Shown here: positions 55,059 through 59,171 of the stretch, piece after piece
Layout: each line of letters begins with the position of its first letter
Position numbering within the stretch: the first letter of the stretch is position 1
NCBI GenBank assembly: GCA_963771465.1
Contig: CAVYTU010000003.1
Coordinates: 1-59,171 of the forward strand
Source: an uncultured delta proteobacterium
GTDB lineage: Bacteria; Desulfobacterota; Binatia; UBA9968
Direction: 5' to 3'
DNA length: 59,171 bases
Made by a program: the position numbers and the translations under genes
The notes under the pieces: generated by a model
What the model was told of the DNA's origin: nothing
Databases searched by the model: none
Seen by the model: only the letters and a program-made list of their open reading frames with translations

Positions 55059-56402
55059 ATGAACGAAACAATCGGTTTATACCCGACTGCCGCAGTATCC
55101 GACTCGGAATTTGCCCTACAGATCCGGCAAGCAATTTTATCGGCCAAGCATACAATTCCAAACGTTGCTGTTCTACTGTTCGCCTTGGATAACGACAGTA
55201 ACGCATCGGTGCCAGCGAGCGAATCGTCCGCGGGAATTCACAATTCAATTTGTATGCGCTTGCGAAACGCGCTCCGTGATGCCGACACGGTCGCAGTTTT
55301 GAGCTCCGGTCAGGTCGGCGTCCTTTTACAGGCTGTATCGGGACCACAAGATCTCGAACGCGTCATCAATCGGCTTTTGCTCCGCGTGGCCGAATCGATT
55401 CAGATCGCTGAGCAATCCGTGGTCATCACACCGCGAATCGGCGCGGCGCTCGCTCCCGAACACGGCGAAAGTGTTCACGAGCTTCTCGATTACGCGCAAA
55501 GAGATCTAGAAAAGTCCAAGACTGCGATCCAACCGTATTCAATCAATGCACCTCTACCGCAAGCGCTAGTTTCTTCGCGTCAGTGGATGGGCGAGCTTCG
55601 ACAGGCGATAGTCACGGATCAATTGTTCCTGACCTATCAACCCAAAGTGAGTCTGCAACATCAAGAGGTAACCGGAGTCGAAGTTTTGGTTCGTTGGCAG
55701 CATCCAGAGCATGGCATCATCGGGCCAGATCACTTTATTCCATTCGCTGAACGCACTGGACTTATCATTCCAATGACACTTTGGGTTTTGCAACAATCGC
55801 TGCTTCAATGCCGCGCCTGGAATGATCTCGGCTTGGACACAAACATTGCGGTCAATTTATCCATGTGGAATTTGGAAGCCCAGGAGCTTCCGGGCCAAAT
55901 CGCCGCGTTACTCTGTGATACCGGCGTATCACCAGAGAATCTGGAATTGGAAATCACCGAAAGCAGCATTATGACCGACCCCCAAAGGGTGATTCGGACT
56001 TTGAGTCAAATTCGCAGCCTCGGTGTACGCTTTGCGATCGACGATTTTGGCACAGGCTATTCTTCCTTCGCCTATCTCACCAAACTGCCTGTGTCATGCA
56101 TCAAAATTGACAAATCGTTCGTCCTTAACATCGATACTGATCGCGACAGTTCCGTGATCGTTCGGTCAATTATTGATCTGGGTCACAACCTGGGTCTCAA
56201 AGTGGTCGCCGAAGGAGTGGAAAGTGCTCGCGCAAAAGCGATATTACAGGGGTTCCAGTGTGATGAAGCACAGGGATACCATTTCTGCCGGCCCGTGGTA
56301 GCGGAAGCTATGACGGAGTTTCTCTCGGCACCCCCAGCCGTGGTGACCGAGCAGGTGAGTAAGGAAACTGAGAGCTGGCTGCCCCTCGATCCAGCTCATT
56401 GA
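55059..56402 (+). CDS. c-di-GMP phosphodiesterase (degenerate GGDEF + EAL)
   Basis: YQPK, EVLVRW, AVNLS, ELEITE, IDDFGTGYSS, KID, AEGVE, QGY; GGDEF site reads SSGQV. Confidence 0.92.
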   Translation: MNETIGLYPTAAVSDSEFALQIRQAILSAKHTIPNVAVLLFALDNDSNASVPASESSAGIHNSICMRLRNALRDADTVAVLSSGQVGVLLQAVSGPQDLERVINRLLLRVAESIQIAEQSVVITPRIGAALAPEHGESVHELLDYAQRDLEKSKTAIQPYSINAPLPQALVSSRQWMGELRQAIVTDQLFLTYQPKVSLQHQEVTGVEVLVRWQHPEHGIIGPDHFIPFAERTGLIIPMTLWVLQQSLLQCRAWNDLGLDTNIAVNLSMWNLEAQELPGQIAALLCDTGVSPENLELEITESSIMTDPQRVIRTLSQIRSLGVRFAIDDFGTGYSSFAYLTKLPVSCIKIDKSFVLNIDTDRDSSVIVRSIIDLGHNLGLKVVAEGVESARAKAILQGFQCDEAQGYHFCRPVVAEAMTEFLSAPPAVVTEQVSKETESWLPLDPAH

Positions 56403-56529
56403 GCCAAACCGACGTGGAAATAGATCCCGCGGTCGCGGACCGCAGATAATAAGCTTGACTTATTGTCAGTTCCCGAACAAAATGAGGCGGTTCGATATAC
56501 TCGTGATCGAAAATTGAAAGGGTCACAAC

Positions 56530-56871
56530 ATGAAAAACCGAATCGTTTACCGACTAAGTGCCGCGATTTTAACACTCAGCCTTTTGACGCTCCCGACGGT
56601 TGTGCGCGCGCAACAAGCTCCGGCGCAAGATGATGGCGGCGTCTTCGTCCTGGGCAGCATTTTGTATTCGATTATCCATTTGCCGTTGAAGCTCGTCACC
56701 TGCGTCGGCACCCAAGCTGGAGCTGCGGTGGCTTACACTGCTACTTACGGCGTTCCAGGACATTATGATGGCGGGACCAATGGCAAAGACATTGGCGAAG
56801 TCGCTCGTCGTAGTTGCACGGGAGCCTGGATTATAACGCCGTCGCAAGTGAAAAGTGATTTCGGGAGCTGA
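56530..56871 (+). CDS. Small exported hypothetical protein
   Basis: Signal peptide ending VRA; two Cys; followed by a terminator-like hairpin. Confidence 0.75.
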   Translation: MKNRIVYRLSAAILTLSLLTLPTVVRAQQAPAQDDGGVFVLGSILYSIIHLPLKLVTCVGTQAGAAVAYTATYGVPGHYDGGTNGKDIGEVARRSCTGAWIITPSQVKSDFGS

Positions 56872-56934
56872 TCGAGCTCCTAATTGTTGCTCGTCTTAGA
56901 GTTCTAGTTCTCGCAACTCCTGCCGTAAGTCTTC

Positions 56935-56973
56935 GAAGCCGTGCATGCCAACAGCATGCACGGCTTCCATTTT
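56935..56973 (+). terminator. Probable terminator
   Basis: GAAGCCGTGCATGC-caaca-GCATGCACGGCTTC followed by cattttg. Confidence 0.7.
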
Positions 56974-57192
56974 GCCGAATGATCGCCTTTTTTCAATAAC
57001 AGTGCGAATTGGCATAATTGCAGCAAATGGTTATGAGTTTATGGAAGTTTTTAAGATAACATGAGCCACAGGTGAAACGTTGCGTCCATCGGCAACCCTA
57101 ACAAGCTGTCGAAAGTACCACTTGGTTAGCCATTGCCAATGTTCATTCGCCCTCTCTCACTTAACGTTTCCAATTGAAAGGCGCTATAGACA

Positions 57193-57221
57193 TTGACAGC
57201 GTTTTACACCGCCTCTAAAAT
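57193..57221 (+). promoter_or_regulatory. Sigma-70 promoter
   Basis: TTGACA-N17-TAAAAT, 55 bp upstream of ATG 57277. Confidence 0.72.
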
Positions 57222-57276
57222 ATTATTGCAAGATGGGTTTAAAAATTGGAAAGTCGGTTAACAAACCGTAGATTCA

Positions 57277-58053
57277 ATGTTTGACCATTATTTCGACGTC
57301 TTTCTCGCGGACACGCCTGATAGCAAAAAAATCAATTATCAGGTTCGCTATCAAGTCTATTGTCTAGAAACGGGCTACGAGGATCCGGAAACGTTCCCAG
57401 AGAAGATGGAGTATGATTCCTTCGACGATCGATCGGTGCATTTTATTGCTAGAGCGAAACAGACGGGTATTTGGATCGCCGCTCTTCGGTTGGTTGTCGG
57501 CCCGATGAATGAACTACCGATCAATCACGCCGCGGTCATCGATACCAATCGCTTGCTGACAATTATGTCAGCTGATTCCGTAAAGGACTTCGATCGAAGC
57601 GCTGAGATTTCGCGTCTGTCCGTCGTGTCAGACTTTCGCCGACGAAAGCAGGAACGAGACGTTCCGTTTCAACTACCTTGGAACAATGACGAGTCTATCA
57701 GCGACGTCGCCGGCGATCCGTTTCAGGAACGACGAAAGGCGCCGTGGCTCATGCTCGCGCTGCTTTACGCCGCGCGCGACTACAGCGAACAACACGGCAT
57801 AAACTACTGGTTCTTTCTTACCCCCAAAGCGCTGGCAAGAATATTCAAGGGACTGGGGATGCAACTGGAAGTAACCGGGCCGGCCTGCGAACATCGCGGC
57901 ACTCGTTTTCCCCACGTCATCAAGATTCCGAGCGGGTTCGACAACTTCGAGATCAAGTATCCGGGATTGGGCAAGACGATTCCTCGCTCCAACCGCTACC
58001 GCCTGTTCTCAGAAGTCGACAATGAAACGGCTAAACTTCGCGCCGCTGTTTAA
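57277..58053 (+). CDS. GNAT-fold acyltransferase (PEP-CTERM/exosortase-associated or FeeM-like N-acyl amino acid synthase family)
   Basis: ADT.....YQVRYQVYC.E.GYE, E.DSFD.RS.H, AEISRL.V...FRRR, G...EHRG.R.P. Confidence 0.8.
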   Translation: MFDHYFDVFLADTPDSKKINYQVRYQVYCLETGYEDPETFPEKMEYDSFDDRSVHFIARAKQTGIWIAALRLVVGPMNELPINHAAVIDTNRLLTIMSADSVKDFDRSAEISRLSVVSDFRRRKQERDVPFQLPWNNDESISDVAGDPFQERRKAPWLMLALLYAARDYSEQHGINYWFFLTPKALARIFKGLGMQLEVTGPACEHRGTRFPHVIKIPSGFDNFEIKYPGLGKTIPRSNRYRLFSEVDNETAKLRAAV

Positions 58054-58100
58054 TCCCTATTTACAGAAGTGAAAATCGCGAATGAACCATCGGTAACACT

Positions 58101-59027
58101 GTGAATTTTTCTAGCGCCGAGGCCTTTGAGCGAAACATTGGACTCATCTCATCGGCCGAACAAAAGACCTTAAGCGATTCACTCGTCGTCATCGCCGGTT
58201 GCGGCGGAGTCGGCGGCTTGCATGCGCACACCTGCGCGCGGCTGGGAATCGGCCGCTTTCGCATAACCGACGCCGACACGTTTTCCGCGCCCAACGTCAA
58301 CAGGCAGATCGGCGCGACTGCTCACACCATCGGCATGAAAAAAGTCCAGGTCACAGCCGAAATGATCCGATCGATCAATCCGGACGCGTCGGTAGAAGTC
58401 AGCGATGGATTTATTGCCGCGGATAACGCCGCGGCATTTGTCAGCGGCGCCGACTTAGTCATAGACGGTGTTGATTTCTTCGCGCTATCTGCGCGCCGGC
58501 AACTGTTTGCCGCCGCGTGGCAAGCTAACGTCCCGGCCCTCACCGCGGCGCCGTTGGGCTTTTCGGCCACCCTGCATGTCTTTGCCCGAGGCGGCATGAG
58601 TTTCGACGACTACTTCGACATGAACGATGGACAAGAACCATTCGAACAGTTGATGAGATTCATTGTTGGGTTAGCTCCAGCTGCGCTGCACTTGCCGTAC
58701 ATGGATCTAAGTTCAATCAATATTGAATCCGGCCGAGGTCCATCAAGCATCCTCGGCTCTCAGATGGCCGCGAACTTGGCGGGTGGTGAGGCTATCGCCA
58801 TCTTACTGAAACGTCGCCTTGCCATGCTTGCACCTGAATACTTGCAGTTCGACTGCTATCGGCAAATTCTGTGCAAGCGAAGCCTGAGCGGCGGCAATCG
58901 AAATTGGCTCCAACGCATAAAGAGAAAAATACTGACGAAAAAATTCCGTGCCCTCGGACTCGACCAAGCCTTTCTGAACAAAGCCAACGCAGTGAACATA
59001 ACCTCTCCGGTCAAGCGCGGCGTATAG
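58101..59027 (+). CDS. ThiF-family adenylyltransferase
   Basis: F.RNIGLIS..EQ..L, IAGCGGVGG, DADTF...NVNRQ, GMKKV, IDGVDFF. Confidence 0.88.
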   Translation: MNFSSAEAFERNIGLISSAEQKTLSDSLVVIAGCGGVGGLHAHTCARLGIGRFRITDADTFSAPNVNRQIGATAHTIGMKKVQVTAEMIRSINPDASVEVSDGFIAADNAAAFVSGADLVIDGVDFFALSARRQLFAAAWQANVPALTAAPLGFSATLHVFARGGMSFDDYFDMNDGQEPFEQLMRFIVGLAPAALHLPYMDLSSINIESGRGPSSILGSQMAANLAGGEAIAILLKRRLAMLAPEYLQFDCYRQILCKRSLSGGNRNWLQRIKRKILTKKFRALGLDQAFLNKANAVNITSPVKRGV

Positions 59028-59171
59028 CATTGATAATCTTTTCGCATCCATGAAGTACGATAACCGCGAATCGAATCAAATCGGAAAAAGTCGATAAGGA
59101 ACTGCTGTGGGTTTCTCCGCTGGTTTCTTCCAACGCCTCGCGCGCGCCGGCTCCCTAGCTCCATCTGGTGA

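Overview
Bacterial chromosomal window. Gene content and style suggest a deltaproteobacterium-like or Binatota-like lineage (inference, not determined). It carries many single-base frameshifts, including in serS, which most likely reflects long-read consensus errors. Left to right: (1) the right end of an element integrated at tRNA-Arg(ACG), with a LigD-type ligase and a tyrosine integrase; (2) tRNA-Arg and tRNA-Ser, an Fe(III)/polyamine-type ABC transporter, CopA, a beta-CASP nuclease, and a cation:proton antiporter-rhodanese fusion whose in-frame TGA lies at a Cys position and is followed by a SECIS-like hairpin (probable selenoprotein); (3) tRNA-Ser(TGA), a Phd/VapC toxin-antitoxin pair, a RAYT-type Y1 transposase and an IS3 inserted into the motif flanking the RAYT; (4) housekeeping genes serS, yraN, rnhB and gatCAB; (5) a ~33 kb surface-appendage and signalling region. 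Region 5 holds an MshEN-fused AAA ATPase, a sigma-54 activator, a DUF4388/HAMP-only/SBP-LysM module, a Tad/Flp pilus operon extended by DsbA, a GT-C-like protein, a prenyltransferase-fold protein and a Tat-exported DUF362 protein, then a diguanylate cyclase, a histidine kinase, a second GT-C-like protein, an EAL phosphodiesterase and an acyltransferase/ThiF pair. Three good sigma-54 promoters link these genes. Several small palindromic or tandem repeat families are present, one inside an open reading frame.
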